In this document: positions 10,402 to 24,640 of the stretch, piece after piece
Layout: every line of letters starts with the position of its first letter
How positions within the stretch are numbered: the first letter of the stretch is position 1
Origin: Chara braunii
Lineage: Eukaryota > Plantae > Charophyceae
Direction of reading: 5' to 3'
DNA: 49,272 nucleotides
NCBI GenBank assembly: GCA_003427395.1
Contig: BFEA01000001.1
Location: forward strand, 11,838,534 to 11,887,805
Notes under the pieces: generated by a model
The model's input: the letters and a program-made list of their open reading frames with translations, nothing else
Told to the model about the DNA's origin: nothing
Databases searched by the model: none
Made by a program: the position numbers and the translations under genes

Positions 10402-13400
10402 NNNNNNNNNNNNNNNNNNNNNNNNNNNNNNNNNNNNNNNNNNNNNNNNNNNNNNNNNNNNNNNNNNNNNNNNNNNNNNNNNNNNNNNNNNNNNNNNNNN
10501 NNNNNNNNNNNNNNNNNNNNNNNNNNNNNNNNNNNNNNNNNNNNNNNNNNNNNNNNNNNNNNNNNNNNNNNNNNNNNNNNNGGGGGTATTTCTTTTTTTG
10601 ATAACTATTCATGGAATTGGAAGAAAATATTGGTGAGGTATACAAATAAAAGTTGCCTTAGTCGTTTGTTGGTATGTGATCTCGTGTTCTGTGTGTTCAT
10701 AGTTATGAAGATGATATTAATCCTTAGTTACTAACATTTGTTAAATTTTGTTTTTCAATTTATGCTTATTCTTAAAAACAATCAGGTGAGCATCCCTCAA
10801 AATATGGACATGAGATAGTGTTCAAAACCGGTTTAGATGAGTATGGGGGAAAAAAAATGTAGGCTTAAATGTTCTGTGATGTTATAATGTAATTTTTATG
10901 AATAATTAGAAAGCAAGAGTCTCGATAATAAATTAAAAAACAATAATAAACTTAGGCCGTCTTCCGGTAAACGATATCAAAGGAACGCAAAACATGCTGG
11001 AGAACAATCAAGGTACGTATGATTGGTCTGCATGGGGCACTGAAAATACTCAGGTGGTTATGTGAAGCAAGTTAAGTGTTATTGAGAGGGGGGTCACACT
11101 ATGTATTTTGAATGAATATTGAAGAAGGAACCAATCCGATAAGAAGGAATAAAGCTGGCAATAAACATAGTTTTTTTCCCAAGACACCCGTGCTATCTTG
11201 AATGACCTCTTCTTGCTTAGACCCGTTCCAAAAAGTCTTGTTCTCTACCCCCTTTGCTCCTATCTCATCAAAGTCGCCCAAGCAAAAGAGGAGAAAAAAG
11301 GTGAGGCCATCAACGGTTTGCTCGACCTCGATCGCTAAGAATGACTCTTCCTGGATCCACGACCTTCGAGGCTGGTTGGGGAGAGGTGCGGCACGCTGCA
11401 TAGACACATTTATGTGGGTGGTGCAATGTTGTTGCGGTGGAGCCAAGGCCTATTTCTGAGATCTGGGCCTCGTGCTCAGGCGAGGAGAATGAGTACTACG
11501 GACTACTTCATAGCGATCAGGGCTCTGAAAGGTCATCGAAGACATTTTACCTTCTTCAAATCTTTTGTGGATGGATGATTGACTTAGGATATCTAAGGCT
11601 GGCCGCAAGTTGGAGCCGCCCCGATTAATGTGGATTTGAGCCAAAAGAAGTTTTGATCCTAGTGACAAATTTATTCGAACAGGAAAGTAAGCCCTGCCAG
11701 AGAATGACAAAGGGCAAACGTGGACAAACGAGGTACGTATGACTCTATCGCAAGGGGCCCTGAAAAGACTAAGGAGCGTATAGGATCACAAATCGAACAT
11801 AAGAACTGAATGAGACATAACAACAAAATAAAATGTGTCTTAATTAACCTCAATAGGAATCCAAAGAAGTTCCGGTCTCGATTAAACGTTTGCACAAACA
11901 TGAAAGTGAACCTATACATATGTAATTTCACGGACAAAGAAATTCTGATATGAATTAACATTGATTAACCTGGATAGACGTGCTAAAAAAAAAAAAAAAA
12001 AAACGAACTGACTCCTTATTTTCTTTGATCCTTTGTGCTTCTCATTTCGGTTGCGTTCTATGTATTGCACTACGTCTTTTTTTTTTTTTTTTTTTTTTCT
12101 ATTTGACAATATATTATTTTTCTTCATATAATTACATCTATATACGGATGTTTTCAGGTGTGTTATTTTCGTTCCAATTGTCTATATGCATCTGATTCCT
12201 CCTATCCGCCATGACGTGCCCATGTACAAATACATACGTACGTGCCCATTAATAGAGCAGAGGACCAAGGTCAACATGACGATTCAACCAACCATAATTT
12301 ATCCACCGTTCCAACCTTCTCTTCACCTGTGGATAGATCCTTGATTGTCCGTGGAAGCGTCGCAAACACCTTCGCCGTTGTGAAAAGGCTGTAAAGGATG
12401 TTTTGGTGTCTTCGCCGATAGTATCAGAGTGTACTCGGTGTCCTTCTGTTGTTCCACGTCAAGTTGGTTTGTCTTCATTAGATGACCCCTCTTCCTCATT
12501 CAACCATGGATTGTGATTGCGTATAGGTTCGGATATTACTCTCGGTCGCTCTGTGAGTGAGACACCGGTGTCATAACAACACGAACACCGCAAACGAGGA
12601 CGACCACTTTCCCAAAGTCGTCGAATCCGAAGGTCTTTACAACAGGCGGTAGGTGCTACAGCTGAGGAGATTGCTCCGAGGATCGATAAGCAACCGATGA
12701 TAACTCAAGATGATGGTCTTGATTGTTCTTCCAAAGAACAATATAGTGATAGGTCTCTATCTTTTCAACAAACGGTTTCATCGATGAATGATTTCACAAA
12801 CCCTCTGTTTTTCAAAACAACTCGTCAAAAAAATATCAATGTTCGTACGGATCACATTAGTTGTCATGAAAATCTTTCTATGACCTTGCAAAGTGAACGT
12901 CCGTTTGAAATTCCTACGGATGTTGCAATAAATGCAGATTCGGTTCGATGGTCGAAAGATCGATTTTACTCGATGATTTTCCCTAGCACTCGGCACATGT
13001 GCATAATTGTTGATCGTCGACATTTACTGCCCATGTCCGGCAAAAATGTGTGAAGAGCAACCTTTCTCCCACTTCGACAAATGTTCATGCACATCCATCT
13101 TTTGTTGCCACGGCCCAACGGAATTCGCCGAGCACATTGATTAGAAAGTTTATTGGATCTCATAAATGACGAAGAAGATTATTATTATGGAAACCGATTT
13201 GTTCAAGGCGCAACAGACGGTAACGGATGTTGTTGATTCGACGACTGCGTGCCAATCAAGTCGTGCGTCGTTTGTAACTCGGATCGTTGTCGCTGATGCC
13301 TCACCGTGTGTCATCGGGCTATGATGGAAGTGCAATTGTTATTGAAAGTACTATAGAGGCTGGTGGAGGAACGAAACAAGTCGATAGAATGAATGTTAAT

Positions 13401-13626
13401 GAACCATGTTCGACGTCACGTAAGATTTCAAAACGAAGGAAAAGTCAAGGAAGACGACCAAACTTTTATGTTAAACATATGCTTGCATTGAGAGCTTCGG
13501 TTAAGAATCATAAGAGGAAAAAATATGTGCGTGCTCGTAAAGATTTTATGCGGGTTGTGAGGCGAAGTTTGTTCGCTATGAATATCCTTCGAGAGATTTG
13601 AGCGAGCGCCTCTGCGCAATCGAGGA

Positions 13627-16600
13627 GTGCATCTTTTCATGAGAGACAATCATGAAGTCAATCTTCTCTGGCGAGGCACTCGCAGAGTCTGTCATCACCG
13701 AACGAGACAATCGCAGAAATTATCCGTGAGAAATCGAAATTCAATGAACAATCGCAAAGACAGTGGGTCAAATAGTCACGAGGAAGAAATGAATGATTCG
13801 CATGATGTTCCGACTTCTGATTTGAATGCACTCCCATCGGCATCCGTGGCAACAACGTATGCAGCTGTTGAGAATACCGTAGCTATTCTTGGGAATGCAA
13901 GCATTGTTGAACCGTTCGGCATGGGTAGTCGAGATCCGTGTAAGCATTGTGGTGCTAAATTGTGGCATCATGAACGAAAATGGACAAAGATGTGTTGCCG
14001 AAAAGGTACAAAACGTTGTCCTTTATGGGAATAGTCTTGCGAAGACTCTCTGGAGCATGTGATTCTTTCCCTTTGGACGTCTCAAACTTTCGACGGTCGG
14101 TTCCTTGGAAACAATGGGAGGATAATTCATAATAGTTTATCTCTCACATCCTCGCGGTAGAAGCAGCCGAGCGATGGTGTTCGAGGATTCCAGGGTCAAC
14201 TTAGGGTTTAAGGTCCAATATTTCATCGTGTCAGTGCATTGGCTGTGGGGGAAGGGGAACGTCCTCAGTTTGCGCAAGTGTACTTGCACGATCCTAAAAG
14301 TTTGGACGATGCGATTGATCAAAGGGTAGATTTCCTTAACTTACCTGCACATACATCCGATGTCGAACTTGATCGAGCGAAACGCATATTGAGAAAGTTT
14401 CACGAATTGCTACAACAATGTAACAAGTACGTGAAGGACTTTATGACGGTTCTAACCTTCCGCCGGAAGCGTTTAACTGAAGAAAGTTTGTGATAAATCC
14501 GGATGCCATGCCTGATGAGGAACATGCAAGGTGTTATAACCGTCCTATGGGTTTTACATGAGGTGTGTGCTCTGATGGCGGATGAACTCCTTCCTGGTAA
14601 GCTCAAGATTCGTTTGAGTGCTCCTCTTCCGGGTGAGCGGCAGACCGTTGTGGTTCCGGAATGTTCTCGAACACACGACTGTTTAAGGTTTGTTTTACTT
14701 TTCCCAAAGGGAATTGATAGTTGGCCTGTCCGATGTGCCTCGAAAGCTGGATGACTGTCAGGACTTAGTGCCAAGGACTACTATGCATTTCAGTTTCACG
14801 AGCGTGATGCTGAAAGATTTTGCCTCCTTTATGCACCACGTCTCTACCACGAGTTTTGTTGCATAGTGTACGCTAAAGTTAAATCCCTTCACTTACAATG
14901 AGTGAGATTCCACCAAAAAGAATTACGCTTAGAGTATTATCAGTATTTACGAGACGCTGTGCAACAAAATCAACGTGGTGAGGGTGTTGGGACAAAAGTG
15001 GTTTTACGGTCAACGTTCACTGGGAGACCCCTATATATGAGTGAAAGATATCACGACATCATGGCAATTGTGAGGCAATTCGGAAAACCGGATTTTTTTA
15101 TCACTATGACGTGCAACACTAACTAGTCGGAGATCAAACAAGTCACGTTGTCAGGTCAATATCATAACGACAGGCCGGATCTTCTTGCGCTATTGTTCAA
15201 AGGTTATCTTGGTCAGCTGATTGATGAGATAAAGAACAAACGGATCTTTGGTAAGGTGAGTGAAATATTGTATGTGGTGCATCCGGATGATAAAATTCAG
15301 GATGCAAATGCTGTTGACAATGTGGTGTGTATCGAGATTCCTCCGGAAGGGGAATTCAGAGAAAGGGTAGCCAAGTTCATGTTGCACGGGATTTGCGGTG
15401 TGGAGAAACGCGACGCTTCGTTTACGGAGGACGGAGAATGCACAAAAGGGTTTCCGAAAGATTTCATTTCAACAACAACATTCAAAGACGAACAAACGTA
15501 CCATTCGTATAGGAAAAAAAAAACAAGTGACGTTGGTTTTACGATTGTTCAAAATTATGTCGTTTATGACAATCCACGTGTGGTCCCGTATAACCCGTAC
15601 TTGCTAATGAGGTTTAATTGTTACTTAAATGTTCAATATTGTGCTAACATCAAGGCGTGCAAGTACGTGTACAAAGGGTGTGATCGTGCTATAGTTTGCA
15701 AGTAAGATAATAACGGGTTCATCGACGAGGTCAAATTGTATCAAAATATGCGTGTTGTAGGTGCATGCGAAGCATGCTGACGTCTATTTGAGTTCGACGT
15801 TGCAGAACAATGATTCTCGGTCGAAAGGTTGTTCGTGCATCTCGAAAACATGAAAAAAATACAATTCGAACCTGAGACTGAGCATGACGTTGTTTCAAAT
15901 GGGCCTCCGAAAACGAAATTGGCGGCATGGATGGAATATAACTCTTTGAACGAACGTGTTCTTAAAGAGGAGCTTCCTCTTTACACAAAAATCGTTAATA
16001 CTCATGTGTGGGATAACAAACATAAGAAGTGGAACCGAACAAAGCGTGACCTTCACGGTGGTCCCTTCGAAAAGATATCTCGGTTGCATCACGTAAGGAT
16101 CACGGAAGGGGAACGATTCTATCTGCTCGTGTTGCTCAACCATGAACATTCTCATGGGGTGCGTTTTTTTGCCAAAATTTGTACGGTGAACGGAGTCGAA
16201 TACGATTCGTTCTAATCCGTGTGTCTTTGATTGGACCTTTTGCAAACAAACGATGCATACGATCAATGCATAGACACAGCCGCCGCGCATTACATGCTTG
16301 AAGAAGTTCGTAAAATATTTGCTATGGTTCTTGCGTTTGGTCCAGTGAACGATCCGGTCCGTTTCTTCGAACGACATTGGGATAAGATTTGTGACGATTT
16401 TCAGTATCGCGTAGACAATGAAATTGTTCTGCCCAACATTTTGCAATCCTTAGTATTGTTCCATCTTGACTGTATTTTGCAAGAGTCTGAAAAAAATATT
16501 CGTCAATTCTGCCTTCATTATCCAACATTGGACGGGGAAACGATTGTTGAGAACATAAGCAGACATTACGAGAACAGAACTGTATCATCGATTCTAAATG

Positions 16601-18016
16601 AGGAGTTGTCATATGATCCGATTCAAATGCAACATAAATGTGATTCTAATTTTCAACGTCTTCGTCCACGTCAACGAGTGTTGGTGGAAAGAGTCGTTCG
16701 GGTTGCGCAAGAGAAAAGACCGTTGTGTGTTTTTGTCGATGCATCAGCTGGAACGGGAAAGATTTTTTCCATTGAAACGATTTTGGCGGGCATCAGGTCG
16801 TGTTCCGTCATTGCACTGGTTGTCCCGTTCAGTTGGATAGAGGCAATTTGTTTGATGGGGGATCGCTCGCACCTTTGAAACCTGATAACACGCGTCCCTT
16901 CTTGATTCCGAAACAAAGTGATATTGCGGAGCTTATTTCTCGTGCCGACTTGATTGTTTGGGACGAGGCTCCGATGAGTAACAAGTTTCACTTAGAAGCT
17001 CTTGACATGACGCTGAGGGACCTCTGTAACAATGACGAGCCGTTTGATGAGAAAGTTCTACTTCTAGCTGGGGATTTTAGACAGGTTTTGCCCGTTATGA
17101 AACACGGATCGTGAACGCAACAAATTTATGCATTCATGAAAATGTCTCCTTTGTGGAAACTTTTTGAGGTTCATCAACTGACCGAAAATATGCGAATCTT
17201 AAACTTAGGGAATGATGAAATGACACGAATGTATGTTCACTTTTTGATGCGCATTGAGAATGGTGAGCATCCTCATGTTGTTCCTAATGAACCTGTTGCG
17301 GTCAGATTGTCACGTGAGATTTGTACGGATAAACCAATTGATGAGTTGATTTTATGGACGTTTGATGATGTGTCGAAGCATGTGGGGGATGCCGAGTATT
17401 TCTTGCCTCGATTAATTCTATGCTCTACTAATGACGATGTCGGTTCTGTTAACAACCTTGTTCTTGATAACTTCCCAGGGGAGGTGCGTGACCTTTTCAG
17501 CGTTGATTATCCTGATTCGGATGATACCGGACTTGGTATTGAGCGGGAGTTCTTAAACTTTCTCAACAAATCTGGTATTCCATCTCACAAGCTGCGCTTA
17601 AAAATTGGTGCGCCTGTGATGCTTTTGCGAAATTTGTCACCGAAGCAAGGACTTTGCAACGTTATAAGACTGATTCTGAAAAATATCGTTAATGATGATT
17701 TGTTGGAAGTGACAATAATGCACACGGGTAAAACAACACTGATCCCCAGATTGATCTGACAAGCGATGGTGCGACAGCTGGCTTCAAATGGTTTAGGAGG
17801 CAATTTCCAGTCCGTCTTGCTTTTGCTGTGACGATTAACAAGTCGCATAGACAAACCGTATCACGTGTCAAGGTTTGGCTACGCAAACTGGTTTTTGCAC
17901 ATGACCAACTGTACGTTGCTTTATCGTGTGTTGACCATCCCAACAACATCCGTGTTGCGTTGCCTGATAATAATTTTTTAACAAAGAATATTGTATATCA
18001 TGAATTTTTGGGATGA
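13627..18016 (+). pseudogene. Helitron RepHel (HUH Rep + PIF1-like SF1 helicase), multiple stops, frameshifts and deletions
   Basis: PCKHCGAKLW..CCRKG; PQFAQVYLHD; STFTGRPLYM..FGKPDFFITMTCN; VVPYNPYLLMRFNC; Walker A DASAGTGK; LIVWDEAPM; GDFRQVLPV; LTENMR; GAPVMLLRNL; RRQFPVRLAFAVTINKS; QLYVALS. Coding remnants probably extend upstream to ~12.5 kb. Confidence 0.93.
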
Positions 18017-18095
18017 GTCCTTTTTTTTTTTTTTCATCGAGCCTTGACATTCCAAATAATTTTGTCATATTCTTTTCTTTGCATGTGACTCCCGA

Positions 18096-19744
18096 ATGCA
18101 GCATAAGTACGACACTTGTGCTAAGAGGAAAGCAATGATGAAAAATAATACCACTCAATATGACATGAATGTTACGTCAAAAGCTGAAGCTGAACATTCG
18201 GAGAGGTGGACGAAAAGTGGAAATGATGAGAGGTCGGTGAATCTTGAAAGGGAACATCCTCGGGACGATCATCGTGTTCTTTGTGAGGTTGAACATCGAT
18301 GTTCACAAGGGAATACACTTGATGATGCCGAAAACATGGTTGGGGGGGGGGGGGAGACAATTATCGTGTCGATGGGGATGGTTTGCGTAGAGGTCAATTA
18401 GGTAGGCCTATTAACCTTACATTTGCCGATGATGAGGATGATAACGTTACGGGCGATTCGAAAGAAGACTGTGTTGAATCTAGTTTCAAGAGGAAAAAAA
18501 GTCGTGGTGCGAAAACTAATCTTTTGGATTCCTCCGAAGTGTCGGAGCCTACCTTGGCTGATAATTAGGTCGGGCGGCAACCTGTTGTTGATTAAACGAA
18601 TACTCAGATTATGAGAGCGCTGAATGCGCTCCCTGATGATGCACTTGCATCTCTTCTGTTTTGTGCACCACTCGCTGGGCGTGCACGTGTTCATGATTCG
18701 TGTTCGCAATCTCAATGTAGTGGACGCGAAAAAGATGTTTGCGCCACATCGCAACCACAAAATTCTTCGAGGGTTATGGTGGTGTCCGATGATAACAATG
18801 CACCCACAATCCGCATTCCGAATCTGCGCACTTACCTTGCTAGATGGTTTGACGATGCGAAGAAGGTTGCCATAAAAAATGTCTTGACTGAGCTGCTTTT
18901 TGAAATGTTTGTCAAAAGTGTCACAGTCGTAAAAGATGGACGAATATGAAAAAACTTCCTGGAGTGGAAAAGAAACAAACTCACTCGTATACGGTTGGAA
19001 CGATGATTCTCTCTTCCTTCAGCCCCGCTGAATGTTTCGGATTTGGAGGTTTCTTCCATATTGCAATCATTTTTGACCGATGAGTTGCTGACTCTCTCTA
19101 ATGAGGAGATTACTAGGATGACATTAGATTTGTTACATTGTCCGACAAAAGGGACCATTCTCCAACCCTTTCACAGATATGCACGGATACAACAACTTCT
19201 CAAAAGGATTCCTCCCGTGGTTGCTTCTTCCACTCCTCATTCTGCTCCGGTCCGTAGACTCCCCCTTCAAGCAACATCTTCTCCAAATTTTCAACGTTTT
19301 GCGGATTATGCTTCACCCTCCAATATGTCAACGTCGATTGTCACTACTTCTGTTGTTGTTTTTGTTTTGTCGGCCGCTACGGCTACTCCGTCTCCTATCA
19401 GTTGTGGTGTGCCCGCTCATACGTCATCAAGAGACCATCTGCATGTCAGTACAGGACCATTTGAACAACCAAGTTCTTCTAATTTTAACATTATCATGTA
19501 TGACTTTGATGAATCTATTGCTCTGAAAAAGACACTTGCGCACCTGTCCTATTTTGACAGTTTTCACTGGGTGCAAAATATTGTGGAACCAGCAGTAGAA
19601 TTGAATACGAGTATGAACACTTGGAGATGTGTGGATGCTGCAATTTATCTCGATTACAATTGGCAAAGACAGGCTCGATTCGAAATTTTCGAGGAGTATC
19701 GTCGCAAAGTGTTGCAACGAGTTTCTGTTCGTGAGGTGTTGTAA
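18096..19744 (+). pseudogene. Second, unidentified decayed ORF inside the Helitron
   Basis: ORFs 18383-18568, 18611-18949 and 19043-19744 share one frame separated by single TAG/TGA stops; 18096-18401 joins by a frameshift. No recognisable domain. Confidence 0.5.
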
Positions 19745-19925
19745 GCGTATCGTTTCGGTGAAGGAAGTAGATTGGTCTAATAAGAGAGATAGGAAAACAA
19801 AAATGTTAATTGGGCAGTTGTCCAGACGTTCGCTTAATGATAAATTTTTAGATGGTCGTCTGGGGTTCCAGTTACGTAATTGCCCCTACAAGAGAGATAG
19901 GAAGGGAAAGACAAATAAATAAGGG

Positions 19926-19976
<51 letters not shown>

Positions 19977-20295
19977 AAAAAAAANNNNNNNNNNNNNNNN
20001 NNNNNNNNNNNNNNNNNNNNNNNNNNNNNNNNNNNNNNNNNNNNNNNNNNNNNNNNNNNNNNNNNNNNNNNNNNNNNNNNNNNNNNNNNNNNNNNNNNNN
20101 NNNNNNNNNNNNNNNNNNNNNNNNNNNNNNNNNNNNNNNNNNNNNNNNNNNNNNNNNNNNNNNNNNNNNNNNNNNNNNNNNNNNNNNNNNNNNNNNNNNN
20201 NNNNNNNNNNNNNNNNNNNNNNNNNNNNNNNNNNNNNNNNNNNNNNNNNNNNNNNNNNNNNNNNNNNNNNNNNNNNNNNNNNNNNNNNNNNNNNN

Positions 20296-20350
<55 letters not shown>

Positions 20351-20463
20351 ACCCGCCCTTTTTCTTACTTTTTTTTTCTTTTCTATTTGTTATTTTTTTA
20401 ATTCGTTAATTAAACTTAGACTTCGTAGCCAGTTACTCTTATTTCTGCGGGCGTGGCTCACAC

Positions 20464-20489
20464 CGTCCGCACAGCGGGCGCTTAGCTAG
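20464..20489 (+). other. Helitron 3' terminal hairpin and CTAG end
   Basis: 7-bp GC-rich stem (one G-T pair), 3-nt loop, 5-nt spacer, then CTAG followed by host T. Confidence 0.75.
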
Positions 20490-23400
20490 TTTCAATTGTT
20501 GTTTTCAAGTTGTCCCCCTTTTTTTTTAGCGCATCGCATATACATAGAAGGACTTATGGGCACTATTCATGACTCAAGGAGTCGGGACACTTTCCGCTGC
20601 GAACCATCGACCTCGCGACTATGCGCCTTCTTTTCGAAAGTGATAGCTCCCACACGCGCCTCGTTTTCAATGTGACTACAGCCGACCGATCCTTTTTAAG
20701 GAGGTTAGGCTGGCTAAGGGTGACACTTCCTATCGCTTCGAGTCCTGGAATGAAACCATGAGAGACCGTGCTCTGCAGAGTCACTGATCGAAGGGATCGC
20801 GACGTTTTCAAGGTTAATCAATGTTTTCCCAAGTGTTGTCAAGTCAAGGCGCCGGAGTGGACTTTCATATCGATCCGGACTGCAAGGAAGACTTCGTCGA
20901 GTTTGAAGAAGGGGTATCGTCACAACGCTACCATGAAGCCTAGTGGATTGGACCCGTTGTCTCTTCTCATGCTGCTCTGCGCGCTCGCACTTTGCTTAAC
21001 ACTCATTCCTGATTTGCGCGTTGCTTTGCTGGGCCTGCCAATTAGAGTATGTTATGCTCTCTCGCTCGCGCAACTTCGCCCTTCTCATTCGCGCCACAAC
21101 TTTCTTCTTTGCCGCTCTCAGCGCTCTCTGTACCCTGACTCTCATCGTCGTCGCGCTGCTCCTACGAGAATTGGTGACATAATTGATCTGCTCACCAAGG
21201 ACCACGCAGCAGGTTGGCATAAGGCTCTATCAGAATGGCGTTAGATGAGGGGCGAGAAAGAACGACCATGGAACTCTCGGCGTGCGCATTCCTAGCGTAC
21301 CTTGCACTCCTCTCCCTGGTCGCTCTTCTCTTCTTCCTCGCAGCCCTCCCCAACGCAGGTGTGCCTTCGCAATCCCCTGCGCCCTCTTCCCCCCACGCGA
21401 TCCCCCTCTGCAAACGATCCAGGCACCAGGTAACGACGCCTCGACTCCCCCTCGCGGCTCGCGCTCACCATGGCTTTCCACGAGCGCTGGATCATCAGCA
21501 CAGCCCCACTGCAAATATCTTGTCCCCCCCCTCTCCTCCCCTTCCCCTCCTCCGACCTCGTCTTGCTCTCGGCCTTCCAACGACAAAGAAAGGTCCCCCC
21601 TCCGCCGCCGCCGCCAATGGCAGGCGGCAGAAAGGCCTCAGAGATGTGCCACCCCGCCTGTGGATCTGCTGAGATGTCCTTTGCGCATGGACACATAAAT
21701 TATGACACAGAATTCTTGTTTCTTCTGTCCTTTTTTTTTTTTAACTTTTTTTCTTTTTTCCTTGTTTTTATTTTTTCTCTTTTTCTCTCCTTCTCCATGC
21801 TTCCGTTCTTGATTGTTCTTTGATCTGGTCCTCTCTAGATCGAAACGTAGTATTACGATGTTGTAATCTAATTCGATCCTTTGAAGTGTTAGTTAAAAGT
21901 TTTGATAAAAGGTTGTTAAGTTTTTTCTTTCCTTCCTTCCTTCTTCTCTCTCCCCCATTCCTTTACTCTCCTTGTAAGAAGTTTGGTTGCGTATTTGTTT
22001 CTGAAAGCTTGTTGTGTGATGTGTGTCAGAATCTATGTATGATTCACCTCGTCATTTCTTGCAATGGTACAATGACCATCTTTCGAGATGAGGAGGCTTT
22101 GAGGATCCGGAGCACACCGTTTCCTCCCTCCCTGTCTGAAAGTATTGTCGTGTTCCCACCGCACCTCTATCTTTTTAATTTACCTCTCAGTGCTTTCGAT
22201 ATCCTTATTGTTTTGCTTCTGACCAATGAAAGGTCAACCACCATATGAATTTTCTTACTTCCTTCTACCATTTTCCTTCCCCATATCGGATTGTGTAAAA
22301 CGTATTTTCGCTGCTTTATCAACTTTGTATCCACCCATGCATATATGAACCTAAGCCCTCTACTCGTTTATGCGGAGTTAGCAACAATTACCATATGCTT
22401 GGTTTCTCCCCCTCCCCCTCTTCCCCTTTTTTTTTACCACTCTAGTTTTAGTTACGACATGATCAAAAACAGATCCGCCTGCGCTTTTTCGAGAGCACGT
22501 ACCTTCCTGACAACTATCAGCATATACTAGCTTTTGCAAAATTATAATAGACGATTCAACGAAGTTCACTAACGTCTTGTTGATCGATGGTTAGTCGTCG
22601 TATACCCCATCCCTTTGTGCCCCCCCCCCTTATTTTCTTTCCCTTTCCGTTTGTAATGGAGAAGTTGTCAATGTGTCAGTACTCGGTTGCTCCAGGAAGA
22701 ATGTGAGAATATCCTCGCTTTAGTAGGTATTTTTCCTACGCACGACTATGTCATATCATACCTGCAGTTAAACCCGGGTACAAGGTGCATCGACATTCAG
22801 TTGTCGAAGAAATGCGAGATATTGGAATATCGTACGTTGGCATACCATATAGTATTATAACACACACATACACACATATACAAACGCGTACGCGTGCACA
22901 GCGATGACGCCTAGAAGACGGCCATGGTGATGGTTAGGAGGTCGACAATAGAGGAGGAGGAGAGGGAGGGGTGACGAGGAGAAAGTTTGAGGAGGGAGAA
23001 CGACGGAAGAGGAGGGAAGAGGAGTAGGGAGGACAAGGGTTACGACGATGGACGAGGATAAAAGATGGAGGCTGGAGGAGAAGAGGAGAGCGACGAACAT
23101 GGATGGAGGAGGAGGGAGGAGGGCGATGAGCATGGGTGGAGGAGGAGGGAGGAGGGCGATGAGCATGGGCATGCACACACACGCGCACGCACGCTCACCT
23201 TCGCACAGTAGGCGTATGCACTACAACGTAGCGATCCATGGCGCGGCGGACTCGAAGACTGACTGCTGCACCATTTTTCCGTGGCGACGTGTGGAATACC
23301 TACCATTTTCGAATCCGAATTTTTGCCGCCACTGCTGCAAGGGCATCACAAAAAGATATGTACCGCTCGTAAGGGCATTTCAAGGATAGGCCGACAAAAC

Positions 23401-24124
23401 GACACCAACGGTCTAGTAAGGGGATATCCGAAAGTTACGCCCAATGCTGACCAGAGGCTACAAAAATTTTCAGAGGCCCGAGGGGCATAACAGGGTAAGT
23501 CGGCCTTCACTAGGGCATGCCGCAAAGAAACGTAAACTTCAGAGGCATTTCGAAATTTTACCCCTGACCGGCAAAATACTACCGAGATACTCAAACACAT
23601 TCTTAAACCACCAGTACCTCGCCCAAGCCTCCCGCTACCGGTCAGTCGAGCCTTGTCGAGCCTTGTCGAGCCTAGGTCGTGTGTGTCATTCCATTCCTGT
23701 GGGGCACGAAGGGTGTCGACGCAGCAACAGGTAGGACGTCGTCGTAGTTTTTTTTTGGGCGGCAATGTGGGTTGTGCAAGTCCATGTGAGACATCCATTC
23801 TTGTGCGACATGGGGGGTGATGGTTGGGCAACACATACAAGGTTGTCGTAGTTCGCTCGTGAGGGACACGTGCGCTGTCCAAGTCCATGGGTCAGCGACA
23901 CGTAGGTTGTGGCGAGAGGATGGAAACGGGGAACGAAGAACCGCGTTAGAGGAGAGCAATGATGACGGCAGGTCCCGAGCGCACATGTAACGCTTGAGTC
24001 TTCTGTCACGTCAGCATGCCACCTTATGGGCAACTGACTTGTATCATTGAGAGGTCCAACCTCACTGCAACACTTCAAAAGATGCTTTGGCCAAAGTTAT
24101 GACATAATAATAATCCCTGCTGGT

Positions 24125-24202
<78 letters not shown>

Positions 24203-24203
24203 N

Positions 24204-24292
<89 letters not shown>

Positions 24293-24560
24293 CCCTGCAC
24301 GGAGCAGGAGAAAAACGCGTCAGAAAATTGAAAAGTCAAGAAGGCCTTGGGGCCACTTCCTTGACAGAGTCTGTCTGACCATGCGTGTGGAGTCAGAAAC
24401 TTGCAGGAAAGTGCTAGTGTAAGTACGACTTTTGCCAGTTAAATTAGGTAGTGTGCTTGGTGACCAGTTTCTGTACAAAGGGCGTACACATCTTTCACAT
24501 GATCTACTACAGTATTTTAGCCTTTACGTTGCGAAGTGTTATTTTTGCTATCAATGCGCG

Positions 24561-24640
<80 letters not shown>

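Larger units (their letters stand above)
12137..20489 (+). mobile_element. Helitron, probably full length, decayed
   Basis: RepHel remnants; 3' end CGTCCGC-ACA-GCGGGCG hairpin + CTTAG-CTAG|T at 20464-20490; candidate 5' end A|TCTATATAC at 12136/12137 (less certain). An N gap lies inside at ~19985-20295. Confidence 0.75.

Noticed and set aside
20563-24078. Several 80-180 aa ORFs
   Set aside because: Low complexity or no recognisable motif and no coherent exon structure; probably TE debris.
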